Source: an uncultured Ruminococcus sp.
GTDB lineage: Bacteria > Bacillota > Clostridia > Oscillospirales > Ruminococcaceae
Assembly (NCBI GenBank): GCA_946622505.1
Contig: CAMOPY010000002.1
Location: forward strand, 31,570-95,569
DNA length: 64,000 nucleotides
Direction of reading: 5' to 3'
The notes under the pieces were generated by a model, which saw only the letters and a list, made by a program, of their open reading frames with translations, was not told where the DNA came from and ran no database searches. Shown one piece after another: positions 26,973-36,578 of this stretch. A program made the translations under genes and the position numbers. The first letter of the stretch is position 1; every line of letters begins with the position of its first letter.

Positions 26973-27040
26973 AAGTCTACTCCTTTTTCGGGACGTTCCC
27001 GGGTGTACTTCTGTTTTCTCAATATCAGGCTTTGCGGTCG

Positions 27041-27310
27041 TCAGCCTCTTCCAAAGTCAGTTTCTATCATCCTGCACAGCTCGTCAAGAACGGCCTGCTC
27101 GTCGCCGCCGTTTACAGCTATCTCGATCTCGCTGCCCTTGTTTATCCCGGCCGCCATAACACTCATCACAGACTTTGCGTTTATCACCTTGCCGTTAAAG
27201 CAAAGCGTTATCTCACATTCGTCATGAGCCTTTGCCGCCTTTGAAAAAAGCCCTGCCGGGCGCATATGCAGCCCCTCGTTACTTATTACAGTTACCTTTC
27301 GTGTTGCCAT
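27041..27310 (-). CDS. ptsH: phosphocarrier protein HPr
   Basis: His15 motif GLHMRPAG and Ser46 motif NAKSVMSVM. Confidence 0.9.
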   Translation of the reverse strand: MATRKVTVISNEGLHMRPAGLFSKAAKAHDECEITLCFNGKVINAKSVMSVMAAGINKGSEIEIAVNGGDEQAVLDELCRMIETDFGRG

Positions 27311-27324
27311 ATCTGTCGTCTCCT

Positions 27325-28251
27325 TTAAAGCGTTTTAAACAGCTCGTCTATTTTCCGTTTTTCGGCCAGCCCGTCCGAAAAGGCGGTTGCGCCCCCGGCG
27401 GCAGTTGCGAGCCTCAGGGCAAAGCCGTAGTCCGGCTGCTGTGCGTCATCCCAATCCTCCTGCATCAGCACGCCTGCGATAAACCCTGCGACCATAGAAT
27501 CACCTGCTCCAACGGAGTTTCTTACCTCGCCTTTGCAAACGCCCTGCCTCAGGACCACGCCGTTTTCATCTACCAGCATCGAGCCGTCGCCTGCCATGGA
27601 CACAAGGACATTCCGAGCGCCAAGCTCTCTTAGCTTTCTTGCATAGGTCTCTATCTGTTCGTCGCTCTCTATGCTCACACCGAACATTTCCCCAAGTTCA
27701 AAATTATTTGGTTTTATAAGAAACGGCCGAAACCTCAGCACTCTCATCAGAAGCTCGCCTGTGGCATCCACAACAGCCCTTATGCCCCTGCCGTCCAGCC
27801 TTTCAAGTATACGCTCGTATATATCCGCAGGCAGCGACGATGGAATGCTTCCCGCAAGAACGAGGATATCGCCGCTTTCGAGCAGTTCGAGCTTTTCAAA
27901 AAGCTCCTCCACGGCATCGCCGCTTATGTCGGGGCCACGGCCGTTTATTTCGGTCTCCTCATCGGCCTTTATCTTAACGTTGATTCGTGAGTTGCCTGAC
28001 GGGAGCCTGACAAGATCCGTTTCTATCCCCATAGCGCCAAGACCGTTTTCGATAGCCTCTCCCGTGAACCCTGCCACAAAGCCCAGCGCCTTTGAGCGCA
28101 CACCAAGCTCCTTTAAAACGACGGACACATTTATTCCTTTGCCGCCATGATAGATCTGCTCGCTGCTCGTGCGGTTTATGCTGCCCGAGGTCAGGCTGTC
28201 CATTTTCACGACATAGTCGATAGCAGGATTAAACGTTACAGTATAGACCAT
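27325..28251 (-). CDS. fruK: 1-phosphofructokinase / PfkB-family sugar-phosphate kinase
   Basis: N-terminal VTFNPAIDY, GGKGINV and C-terminal GAGDSMVAGF. The start is trimmed to the ATG at 28251, after GAAGGAG. Confidence 0.8.
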   Translation of the reverse strand: MVYTVTFNPAIDYVVKMDSLTSGSINRTSSEQIYHGGKGINVSVVLKELGVRSKALGFVAGFTGEAIENGLGAMGIETDLVRLPSGNSRINVKIKADEETEINGRGPDISGDAVEELFEKLELLESGDILVLAGSIPSSLPADIYERILERLDGRGIRAVVDATGELLMRVLRFRPFLIKPNNFELGEMFGVSIESDEQIETYARKLRELGARNVLVSMAGDGSMLVDENGVVLRQGVCKGEVRNSVGAGDSMVAGFIAGVLMQEDWDDAQQPDYGFALRLATAAGGATAFSDGLAEKRKIDELFKTL

Positions 28252-28325
28252 TGCTCCTTCTCCTTTTTTCATCAGCAAAGCGGCATATCCGCCCTTCACA
28301 GTGGAAAGATATGCCGCTGCATTAT

Positions 28326-30920
28326 CTATTTTGCGGTAGTTTTTGCTGCTTTGGCAGTTGTGGTCTTTGCAGCGGGCTTCTTTGCGGCAGCCTTTATCTT
28401 GACTGACTTTGCATCAAAGTCTGCTCCAAGGATCGTGCCCTCATAGTTTCGGTAGGCCCTGACCGCAAATATACAGGTCGAGCCCTCTTTCAGACCTGTC
28501 TTTGTAAAGGTCGTGGTCTTGTTGTTCACAGTTGCTATCTTCTGCCATGCAGAGGCTGCTGTGGGCTTATAGAACACAGCATAGCTGGTGGCGCCTGCGA
28601 CCTTTTTCCAGCTGAGGTCTGCGGTCTTCACTTTGGCAGAGGTCACTGTGAAGTTCACCTTTGCGGGCTTTGTCGAGGTCTTATAATGCTCGAAGTTGGG
28701 TGACAGTATGGTACTGCTGCCGACCTTTGCGATAGCCCTTACCGTGAAGGCATAGGTCTCGCCCGGGTTAAGCTTTTTCACTGTAAGCTGTGTGCTTGTT
28801 GTGTTGCCGAAGCGCTCCCATTTTTTGAGCGATTTGTTATAGACATAAACAGCATAGGCCGAAGCCTTCGGCACCTTTTTCCAGCTTAGCACAACAGAGT
28901 CTGCGCTCACACTGAGCGCCTTCATACCGCTCACATCCGTAAGTGACAGTGCCTGGGTGTAGGTGTCCTCATAGGTCTTTCTGCACTGGCTGCAGCTGTG
29001 GACGGTCATTCCGCCGCCGAGGAAGCTTGCAGATACGGCCTTGGCAGAAAAGCTGTGAGCTACGGGGTCGGATATGTCGGAGACCATCTGCAATCCGCAG
29101 TCGCTGCACACCATAACGCTGCTGCCTGATGCGGTGCAGGAGGGCTGGTTTTGTGCTGCCGGCTGCCAGCTGTGAGTGTGGAGCGTGCTCTCGCCCATAA
29201 AGCCGACAGAGCTGGTGTCATCAGTTTCAGCCTGAGCCTTGTCGGAAACGTTGCTCGAATAATCCCCGACCTCGGAGCCGTCTGAAATGTTTATGTCCAT
29301 TCCCTCGTTCTGTGAAATGCGGTTGAGCTTTATCTGCTCCGCCACAGAGCCGCTGACGCTGACAGCGTCCGAAGCGCAGCCTGTGATCGTGTTTGAGCAG
29401 ACAGCCGTAGCGCTGCTCTGAAACAGTCTTATTCCCTCCTCGGCCGAGCCTGTGACAGTATTGTCCGAGATATCGGCATTTTCGCAGGAGCTGATATCAA
29501 GAGCCGCTCTGCTCCCGTCAGCCGAGCAGACCGTATTCTCTTTGATGACCGTGTTGCTGCAAGCCTCGGCGGTTATGCCGCTTCCGCCCACGGAGCGCAC
29601 AGTGTTCGAGCTTGCGGTGCTGTTTTCACAGCCGCAGAGATAAATAGGGTCATAGCAGCCTGTTACCGTGTTTTCGCAGACCTCGACCTGAGAGTTGTCG
29701 CCGTAGATGCCCCTGTAAGGCGCTCCCATAATAATGTTCGAGCGCACGGATGCACGGGATCGGTTTGTCACCTTGACCGCACAGATCTTGTCAAGAAACG
29801 GGTCTGTATAAGAGCCGACATAGAGCGTGTTGTTATAGACATCCACATCCGTGCTGTTGAGCATAACGATCTCGCCGGTCTGCTTGTCCACCTTGTTTGA
29901 GATCGAAACAGCAGGCATCGAAGCCAGATCGGCAGCATTCACACCAAAGCCGTATACATCGTTCAGCAGCTTATCATCGGGCTTATAGGTGCTGTTGTCG
30001 GTAAAGTTATCGTGGACAGAGCCCTTTACGTTTTCGATATGGATAAGAGAGGGCGTGTTCTTGGCAGAGTTTTCAAAAAACTCGAACCCCTGAAAATTCG
30101 TGGCATTGCAGCCGCAGTAATAGCAGTTTACAAAGGAGTTGCGGTATATCTTGATATTCTCACCGAGATAACCATCTATAACGTGGTGGGTCCCCACGCC
30201 CGAGGCACAGTTTTTGAATGTGCAGTCCGTTACCTGAACATCTCTCATCGAGCGTTCTGTCAGGAAATTGAAGTCGATATGCAGCGCTTCAGCCGCCCAG
30301 TATGAGGTGGCGTTGGTCTGGCTGCGGTATTCTTCGGGGGTGTCGGCAAACGGCTTGAACCCTGAAAAGGTGCATCTGTTCACGTTAAGCCCGTGGACCC
30401 CGTCGATTATCACGGCATGAGTGCCGCAGAAATTCTGAAATACCACATCCTCGATATTGAGCCCGTCTATGTCACGAAGCGACATTATGGCTCTTGCTTT
30501 CAGGCAATTTGCAGCGTTTCCGTTAAAGGTGCCGCCCTTTATCGAAATGTTATGATAGCCTGCTATCGAGATGATGTAGGTAGATGGTGCCCTGTTTGAA
30601 CGGACGATAACGGCGCCCTCCTCAAGTTCCAGCGTTGTGTTTGAATAGATCTTTAACGACCTTGTGGTCTCACTGTCGGGCGAGCCCACAAAGTAAATGC
30701 CCTTAGGCACGACCACCTTTACAGGGTCGGTGCTGCTCAGCGCTGTGTTCAGAGCCTTTTGTATAGCTATGGTGTCGTCAGTCTGATCCTTTCCGTTCGC
30801 ACCGTAATTTACTACATTTACAGTTGTGATACCTGCGGCATCGACAGCAGGCGCCGAAAAAATGAGTGCCTGTGTCAGCGTGAGAGCCGAGAGTATCAGA
30901 GCTGCTGCTTTTTTAAGCAT
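28326..30920 (-). CDS. secreted right-handed beta-helix (pectate-lyase-superfamily) protein with Cys/His-rich insert, two Fn3 modules and a Lys/Ala-rich tail
   Basis: Signal peptide and an N-terminal VNVVNYGANGKDQTDDTIAIQKAL (pectate_lyase_3-like). Repeated N-x-V/I beta-helix turns and Fn3-like LSWKKV motifs (x2). Confidence 0.8.
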   Translation of the reverse strand: MLKKAAALILSALTLTQALIFSAPAVDAAGITTVNVVNYGANGKDQTDDTIAIQKALNTALSSTDPVKVVVPKGIYFVGSPDSETTRSLKIYSNTTLELEEGAVIVRSNRAPSTYIISIAGYHNISIKGGTFNGNAANCLKARAIMSLRDIDGLNIEDVVFQNFCGTHAVIIDGVHGLNVNRCTFSGFKPFADTPEEYRSQTNATSYWAAEALHIDFNFLTERSMRDVQVTDCTFKNCASGVGTHHVIDGYLGENIKIYRNSFVNCYYCGCNATNFQGFEFFENSAKNTPSLIHIENVKGSVHDNFTDNSTYKPDDKLLNDVYGFGVNAADLASMPAVSISNKVDKQTGEIVMLNSTDVDVYNNTLYVGSYTDPFLDKICAVKVTNRSRASVRSNIIMGAPYRGIYGDNSQVEVCENTVTGCYDPIYLCGCENSTASSNTVRSVGGSGITAEACSNTVIKENTVCSADGSRAALDISSCENADISDNTVTGSAEEGIRLFQSSATAVCSNTITGCASDAVSVSGSVAEQIKLNRISQNEGMDINISDGSEVGDYSSNVSDKAQAETDDTSSVGFMGESTLHTHSWQPAAQNQPSCTASGSSVMVCSDCGLQMVSDISDPVAHSFSAKAVSASFLGGGMTVHSCSQCRKTYEDTYTQALSLTDVSGMKALSVSADSVVLSWKKVPKASAYAVYVYNKSLKKWERFGNTTSTQLTVKKLNPGETYAFTVRAIAKVGSSTILSPNFEHYKTSTKPAKVNFTVTSAKVKTADLSWKKVAGATSYAVFYKPTAASAWQKIATVNNKTTTFTKTGLKEGSTCIFAVRAYRNYEGTILGADFDAKSVKIKAAAKKPAAKTTTAKAAKTTAK

Positions 30921-30944
30921 TTTGATTCTCCTTTAAGTTTTTTA

Positions 30945-32438
30945 TCAGAAGGAAACGGACAAGAGCCTGAGCTCCTGCTCTGTCTTGAATCTCAGATAAA
31001 GAGCACCCTTGCCTTTGGGGAAGGGAAGTGCTGCACTGAAGCTTTCAAAGCCGTTTGTCGGGCTTATTTCGATCTCTCCGACAGGAGCCGCATCAATACC
31101 TGTGGACACCTCTGCGACAGCAGGAGCCTTTGCATCTACCGCAAGTGTCAGCGTGTCGCCGCCCTTGAAGTCAAAATATTTAAAGCCCACCAGAGTGCCG
31201 TTGCCTATCTCGTCTATAAAGCGTTCTGTAACGCCGTTATATTCGCCATGGTTTACATTCGGGAAATGCTCCTCGAGCCTTTTGTTCGTTCCGTGAGGCA
31301 TATGCCCGTTCGTTATATTGCAGGCGATAACTGCCGGATATGTTCCCTCTGCTTTAAGCGGGCCGCCGTTCAGGCCGCAGGAGGTGATCTCTGTCTGTCT
31401 GATCGAGCCGTCGGGAGCTATCTCTATCCTTTCGGCACAGCCCTGCCTGCTGTAATCGGATTTATGGGTGAGGCGGTGATAGAACACATACCACTCGCCG
31501 TTTATCTGCTCGATGCTTCCGTGGGTGGTGCCTGTCATATTCAGCCTGTCCTCGTTCGTTCTGCCGTCAAGCCCTACATCGCCGTTGGAAACTATCGTGC
31601 CTCCGAAAACAAAATCACGGTCGGGCTTATCGCTTGTGGCATAGCAAAGCTCGTGGTTCTGCTGGGAGGAGTAGATAAAGTAATACTTCTCTCCAACTTT
31701 TCTGATAGAGCTTGCCTCGAAGAAGGGGTGCTCCTCAAATGCTGTGCCCTTTACCTTATAGGGGATAACGTGTCTGGGCTTGTCCTTTATGGTCAGCATA
31801 TCGTCCTCGAGCTCCACCGTTGCAGGCCCCATAACGCTGTCCTTTTCGCACATCTCGAGAATATATTCGGGTGTCTTTCCGAACATCGAGCACTCGGTTT
31901 CTACGAACCATTTGCTCTCCATAGCGCCGTCCTGCTCTTCAAAGTTATACTGGGTCCCGTAATAAAGCCTTATGGTCCCGTTGTCGTTTATCACGCCGGG
32001 GTCAAAGCACACATAGTCCTGCATAGGTGTTCCGTCGGGGTTTCTCACATATCCCAGATACTCAAACTTTCCTGCCGGCTCATCACATACAGCCACGCTT
32101 ATGGGCCCGTAATATCCGCCTACGCCGTCCTTGCCGGACATGGCATAGTAAAGATAATACTTTCCGTCATTTCCCCTTACACAGTCGGGAGCATACATAA
32201 AAGCTCTGTTCTTATAGTCGGGGTCCTGTTCTGCCTTGTATACGGTCCCTTCGCACCGCCAGTCCGAAAGGTCATCGACGGGTGCCGAATAAACAACATA
32301 ATCAAGCATACAGAAGGTCTCTCCGCCCTCCTTGTCGTGCGAACCGTAAACATAAACTCTGTCACCGAAAACGTGAGGCTCCCCGTCGGGGATATACTCA
32401 CTTATCGGAAGATATGGATTGAACGCCTGTTTTTTCAT
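30945..32438 (-). CDS. glycoside hydrolase family 43 (beta-xylosidase / alpha-L-arabinofuranosidase-like) with C-terminal beta-sandwich
   Basis: N-terminal FNPYLPISEYIPDGEPHVFGDRVYVYGSHD is typical of a GH43 subfamily. 497 aa, no signal peptide. Confidence 0.85.
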   Translation of the reverse strand: MKKQAFNPYLPISEYIPDGEPHVFGDRVYVYGSHDKEGGETFCMLDYVVYSAPVDDLSDWRCEGTVYKAEQDPDYKNRAFMYAPDCVRGNDGKYYLYYAMSGKDGVGGYYGPISVAVCDEPAGKFEYLGYVRNPDGTPMQDYVCFDPGVINDNGTIRLYYGTQYNFEEQDGAMESKWFVETECSMFGKTPEYILEMCEKDSVMGPATVELEDDMLTIKDKPRHVIPYKVKGTAFEEHPFFEASSIRKVGEKYYFIYSSQQNHELCYATSDKPDRDFVFGGTIVSNGDVGLDGRTNEDRLNMTGTTHGSIEQINGEWYVFYHRLTHKSDYSRQGCAERIEIAPDGSIRQTEITSCGLNGGPLKAEGTYPAVIACNITNGHMPHGTNKRLEEHFPNVNHGEYNGVTERFIDEIGNGTLVGFKYFDFKGGDTLTLAVDAKAPAVAEVSTGIDAAPVGEIEISPTNGFESFSAALPFPKGKGALYLRFKTEQELRLLSVSF

Positions 32439-32456
32439 AACGCTGCTCCTTTAAAG

Positions 32457-33149
32457 TTATTTGTCAGTCTTTATCTCGACCGAGTTGAACATTCCCATAA
32501 CATACAGGGGCATGATGTCCTTTTTGTTTATCTTTTTGCCGTTTACTCTCATCTCGGTAACGACCACCTGTCCCTTTTCACGGCCAAACTTCATCTCATA
32601 GTCCTTGCCGTTGTTGGCTCTTCCCTCATAGGACACGGTGAACGTGAACAGGTTGAAGCTCCAGCTTCCGTCCTTGAAATAGACATCTATCGCATCGCCG
32701 TAGTTGTCCTGCTCCAGCTCCATTGGAAGGTCAAAGTCATAGCCCGCACGCTTGATGAGTGTAATGTTTGCAAAAGCGAGAGCCGCATAGATCGCTCCGA
32801 CAATGATGCCCGCCAGCAAAAGCTTTTTAACGATGCTCCAGATAATATGCTTGCTCTTTTTCTTTTTTGCGGTCTCCTGGAGCCTTGGGTCAGCCTGGGG
32901 CTGTCTGCGGCGCTGGGGCTCCTGAACGGGAGCAGGCCTTTGCTGGGGTCTTGCTGCCTGCTGCTGGGCAGCCGCCTGGCGGCGCTGGGCCCTTACAGGG
33001 TGTTCGTATACTCTTCTCGGCGGCGGAGCCTGTCTTGTGGCAGGGCGCTTCGGTGCTGCGCTGTCGATGCCTGTCAGCCTGCCGCATTCGGGGCAGAGCT
33101 TGACCCCTTCATCAAGCTGCGAACCGCAGTATGTACATCTGTTTGCCAT
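32457..33149 (-). CDS. zinc-ribbon single-pass membrane protein with Arg/Gln/Pro-rich linker
   Basis: CTYCGSQLDEGVKLCPECG, a low-complexity linker, a TM (LLLAGIIVGAIYAALAF) and a C-terminal ~100-aa domain. Confidence 0.7.
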   Translation of the reverse strand: MANRCTYCGSQLDEGVKLCPECGRLTGIDSAAPKRPATRQAPPPRRVYEHPVRAQRRQAAAQQQAARPQQRPAPVQEPQRRRQPQADPRLQETAKKKKSKHIIWSIVKKLLLAGIIVGAIYAALAFANITLIKRAGYDFDLPMELEQDNYGDAIDVYFKDGSWSFNLFTFTVSYEGRANNGKDYEMKFGREKGQVVVTEMRVNGKKINKKDIMPLYVMGMFNSVEIKTDK

Positions 33150-33161
33150 TTTTCTCTGTCC

Positions 33162-33761
33162 TTAATTATCCAAATATCTCATAACAGCCACTACCTTGCC
33201 CAGGATGACCACCTCATCGACAATGATAGGTTCCATAGTGTCGTTCTCGGGCTGAAGGCGGTAGTGTCCGTCTTCTTTATAAAAGGTCTTTATCGTTGCC
33301 GACTCGTTATCCACCAGAGCGCACACGATATCGCCGTTTTCAGCGACTCTGCCCTGCTCGATGATAACGGTGTCGCCGTCAAGGATGGCCGCATTTATCA
33401 TTGAGTCGCCTCTTACCTTCAGAGCAAAGAGCTGACCCTGATAATGCTTGTCGGGCTGAAAGCTGATGTAATCGGTTATATCCTCAAAGGCGGTTATAGG
33501 CGTTCCTGCCGCAACTGTACCTACCAGCGGGACCTTTATGCCGTTGCCGCCGTTGAGCTTTATAGCACGGTTCTGGTTTGCGCCCTTTTCAAGCAGCCCC
33601 TTGTCTGCCAGCAGGTTTATATACCTGTGGGCAGTAGAGGTGGACTTGAAGCCGAAGCGGGCACATATCTCCCTTACCGTGGGCGGATAGCCCTCCTCCA
33701 GCTGCTGCTTTATAAACTCAAAAACCATTCTTTCCTTTTCGTTAAGCTTCATCAGGCTCAT
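33162..33761 (-). CDS. lexA: LexA SOS repressor
   Basis: Winged-helix N-terminus, an Ala-Gly cleavage site (VAAG), catalytic Ser in GDSM and a downstream Lys. Confidence 0.9.
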   Translation of the reverse strand: MSLMKLNEKERMVFEFIKQQLEEGYPPTVREICARFGFKSTSTAHRYINLLADKGLLEKGANQNRAIKLNGGNGIKVPLVGTVAAGTPITAFEDITDYISFQPDKHYQGQLFALKVRGDSMINAAILDGDTVIIEQGRVAENGDIVCALVDNESATIKTFYKEDGHYRLQPENDTMEPIIVDEVVILGKVVAVMRYLDN

Positions 33762-35212
33762 CCTTTCTCTTTATCATGAAGCTTTCCGGCAAGCATCCTT
33801 GCCAGCTTATAAACGTCGCCGCAGCCTGTTGTTATAACTATATCGCCCGGCTTTGCGTTCTCGGCGATATAATCCGCACACTGTCCGAAGTTATATTCCT
33901 TCTGCCGTGCTGTCTGCTCATCCACCACATCGTGCTCGGTGAAGAACCATTTTGCATTCTTAGTCTTTTCGCCCAGCATCTCGGTATAGATGTGGTCGGT
34001 GTTCTTTTCACGGCTTCCCATAATATCGGTTATCACAGCGATGTCGGCTATCTCCAGCGCTCTTGCAAAGTCGTCCATAAGAAGCTTTGTCCTCGAATAG
34101 GTAAAGGGCTGGAACACAGCCCACACTCTGTTGAAGTCAAGGCTTTTTGCAGCTTTGAGCGTACACTCTATCTCCTTGGGGTGGTGGCCATAGTCGTCCA
34201 CTATCGTTATACCGCCCACCTCGTCTATCTTCTGGAAGCGTCTTACCGCACCGAAGAAATTGTCCAGACCCTCAGCGATAGGCTCCCAGTCAACTCCCGA
34301 ATACCTTGCGGCAGCAATTGCAGCAAGGGCGTTGAGAACATTGTGGTCGCCGGGAACGTGTATCCTCAGTGTGGTAACGTGTTCGTTCTTGTAGAACACA
34401 TCAAAGGTGGTCACAAGCCCCTTTTTGCTGATGATCTTAGCATAGTAGTCGTTTTTCTCATCAAAGCCGAAGGTTATCATCGCCTTGTCTTTCGGATCCG
34501 ACCTCTTGACAGCTGTGCAGGTGTTGGCGTCGTCGCCGTTATAGATAACTGCGCTCGAAGCCATATCGGCAAATTTTGTGAACGACTTTATGATATTGTC
34601 AAGGTTCTTGAAATATTCAAGGTGGTCAGCGTCCACATTCAGTATGATCGCCGCATCGGGGAACAGCTTCAGAAAGTGATCCTCAAACTCGCAGGCCTCG
34701 CACACCATCGTTTCGCCCGATCCTGCAAGACCGGAGCCGTTTATGCTCGGCAGCTTTCCTCCGATAACGCAGGATATATCCCTGCCCTCGCTCACAAATA
34801 TCTGTGTGAGCATCGAGGATGCGGTGGTTTTTCCGTGGGTGCCGCAAACGCAGAGAGCGTTTTCATACCAGCTTGTCACAAGCCCCAGTATCTCGGCTCT
34901 CTCACAGCAGATAGCGCCGCTTGCCTTTGCGGCGATAAGCTCGGGGTTGTCGGCCATGATAGCAGCTGTATAGATGATAAGGTCAGCGTCACCGATGTTT
35001 TCGGCCCGCTGCCCCAGAAAAACCTCTATTCCCATATTTCTGACAGCCTGGAGAGTGTCGGTCTCGTTATTGTCAGAGCCTGTTATATAAAAGCCCTTCG
35101 AGTGGAATATCTGGGCTATGGGATACATTCCCGAGCCGCCTATCCCGATAAAGTGAACGTGCTTTATGTTTTTGAGTTCTTCGTTTGTCAGCAAAACAGG
35201 TCTTCCTTTCAA
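33758..35212 (-). CDS. murC: UDP-N-acetylmuramate--L-alanine ligase
   Basis: GIGGSGM and GTHGKTT motifs, 484 aa. The stop overlaps the lexA start (ATGA). Confidence 0.9.
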   Translation of the reverse strand: MKGRPVLLTNEELKNIKHVHFIGIGGSGMYPIAQIFHSKGFYITGSDNNETDTLQAVRNMGIEVFLGQRAENIGDADLIIYTAAIMADNPELIAAKASGAICCERAEILGLVTSWYENALCVCGTHGKTTASSMLTQIFVSEGRDISCVIGGKLPSINGSGLAGSGETMVCEACEFEDHFLKLFPDAAIILNVDADHLEYFKNLDNIIKSFTKFADMASSAVIYNGDDANTCTAVKRSDPKDKAMITFGFDEKNDYYAKIISKKGLVTTFDVFYKNEHVTTLRIHVPGDHNVLNALAAIAAARYSGVDWEPIAEGLDNFFGAVRRFQKIDEVGGITIVDDYGHHPKEIECTLKAAKSLDFNRVWAVFQPFTYSRTKLLMDDFARALEIADIAVITDIMGSREKNTDHIYTEMLGEKTKNAKWFFTEHDVVDEQTARQKEYNFGQCADYIAENAKPGDIVITTGCGDVYKLARMLAGKLHDKEKG

Positions 35213-35396
35213 ATTTCATATGTTTTATATATAGTATACCCAATTTATTATACCACAAAAAAACGTGATTGTAAAGAACAAATTATCGAAAACCCTGCAA
35301 AACGATGAGTCTGCTCTCAAACAAGCTCGGTGAATAATCGCATTTAATCAGGGCATTATCATAACAGATCAGGAAAAACCGAAAGGAGACATAAGT

Positions 35397-35678
35397 ATGA
35401 CAGTGACAGAGATAAAGGTGAGGCGGATATTTGACGAGCCAAAGCTAAAAGGCATTGTGAGCGTGACCTTTGACGGGATGTTTGCAGTCCACGATATCAA
35501 GATAGTCAAGGGTTCGGACAGACTGTTCGTTGCCATGCCCAGCCGCCGTGATGACAGCGGGATGTTTAGGGACATTGTCCACCCCATGACCAAAGAATTC
35601 AGGAAGGAGCTGGAGGAGGACATTCTCTCCGCCTACCGCAAAAGAATGAAAGAAGTCTCCTCAGAAAGTAACGGCTAA
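35397..35678 (+). CDS. spoVG: septation protein SpoVG
   Basis: MTVTEIKVRRI...VSVTFDGMFAVHDIKIV...AMPSRR is the canonical SpoVG N-terminus. Confidence 0.9.
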   Translation: MTVTEIKVRRIFDEPKLKGIVSVTFDGMFAVHDIKIVKGSDRLFVAMPSRRDDSGMFRDIVHPMTKEFRKELEEDILSAYRKRMKEVSSESNG

Positions 35679-35682
35679 AAAA

Positions 35683-35718
35683 ACAGGCAGTCCGTTTATG
35701 AACTGCCTGTATTCTTCT
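35683..35718. terminator. bidirectional terminator between spoVG and the pilin gene
   Basis: 9-bp stem acaggcagt/actgcctgt, with an A-run before it and T-rich sequence after. Confidence 0.7.
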
Positions 35719-35746
35719 CTTTTACCGACCGGCTGACGTTATCGGC

Positions 35747-36484
35747 TCAGTACCAGCCGCCAATATTTCCGTCATTGCCTATCTGCTTGTTTGAAAGATT
35801 TACCTTACAGAACTTCTCGGGAGAGCTCATTCCGCTGTCTTTATAGATAGTATCCCATGTGCCTGTGCCTACAAAGTGAGCATTGTCGCTTGTATTCGCA
35901 ATATACTCACCGTTGATGTATGTCACCAGTATGCCCTTTCTATATATCTGGAGCATACGCACAGCACCGTCTCTGTTATACACGGCAACAATAGCAAAAT
36001 TAGTGTTATTATCCTTCAGAAACTTTTCACAGTTTTGGGAATTTGAATTGTATTTCATCGGATTTGTTTTCTTTCCTGTATCCCATTCCTCCGAAAATGC
36101 TTTGTCAAGACCTTTAGCAATCACTTTGTCGAGAATCTGTGACTTACTCATACTGTTCTCGTTTGTTCTGTAAATTACCCAGCTTACATTAGTGAATGAG
36201 CCTACTATCTCGTGCTGCCTTTCACTCATGCCTTTTTTTGTTTCCAGATCAAGATAAAGTATCTTGTTAAATGCGTTGCCGGGATCAGCGGCATCAAGCA
36301 TCAGGTGGTCTGTCAATGAGTTTTCTATTGAAGTTTTGATAGTTTTTGCATCAGCTATTGCAGCTTTGATCCTTGCTTTTTGTACATAATTATAAACTGT
36401 TGGAATAATTATACAAGCAAGTATTCCAATTATTGCTATAACTATAACCAATTCGACCAGCGTAAAACCCTTTTTGTTTTTCAT
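35747..36484 (-). CDS. type IV pilin-like protein (prepilin N-terminal cleavage/methylation domain)
   Basis: MKNKKG/FTLVELVIVIAIIGIL class III signal with Gly-1, Phe+1 and Glu+5. 245 aa. Confidence 0.8.
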   Translation of the reverse strand: MKNKKGFTLVELVIVIAIIGILACIIIPTVYNYVQKARIKAAIADAKTIKTSIENSLTDHLMLDAADPGNAFNKILYLDLETKKGMSERQHEIVGSFTNVSWVIYRTNENSMSKSQILDKVIAKGLDKAFSEEWDTGKKTNPMKYNSNSQNCEKFLKDNNTNFAIVAVYNRDGAVRMLQIYRKGILVTYINGEYIANTSDNAHFVGTGTWDTIYKDSGMSSPEKFCKVNLSNKQIGNDGNIGGWY

Positions 36485-36549
36485 ATTATCATCCCCTTCA
36501 TCATTACTTTCCCTCTGCTAATTCTGAAAAATAAATATTTCTTTATCAT

Positions 36550-36578
36550 ATTGTAGCATAATAGTGCACAACAGTCAA
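36550..36578 (-). promoter_or_regulatory. sigma-A type promoter TTGACT-17-TACAAT (TGn) for the pilin gene
   Basis: Reverse complement reads TTGACTgttgtgcactattatgcTACAAT. Confidence 0.6.

Noticed and set aside
30759-33404. 881-aa ORF on the + strand spanning 2.6 kb
   Set aside because: It runs antisense across three separate minus-strand genes with clear family signatures (GH43, zinc-ribbon protein, LexA) and across their intergenic gaps. It has no RBS, and its translation is low-complexity (L/V/C/R-rich) with no recognisable motif. This is a shadow ORF caused by codon bias.
33776-35308. 510-aa + strand ORF
   Set aside because: It lies entirely antisense to murC, which has canonical Mur ligase motifs. 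It has no SD and no motifs.
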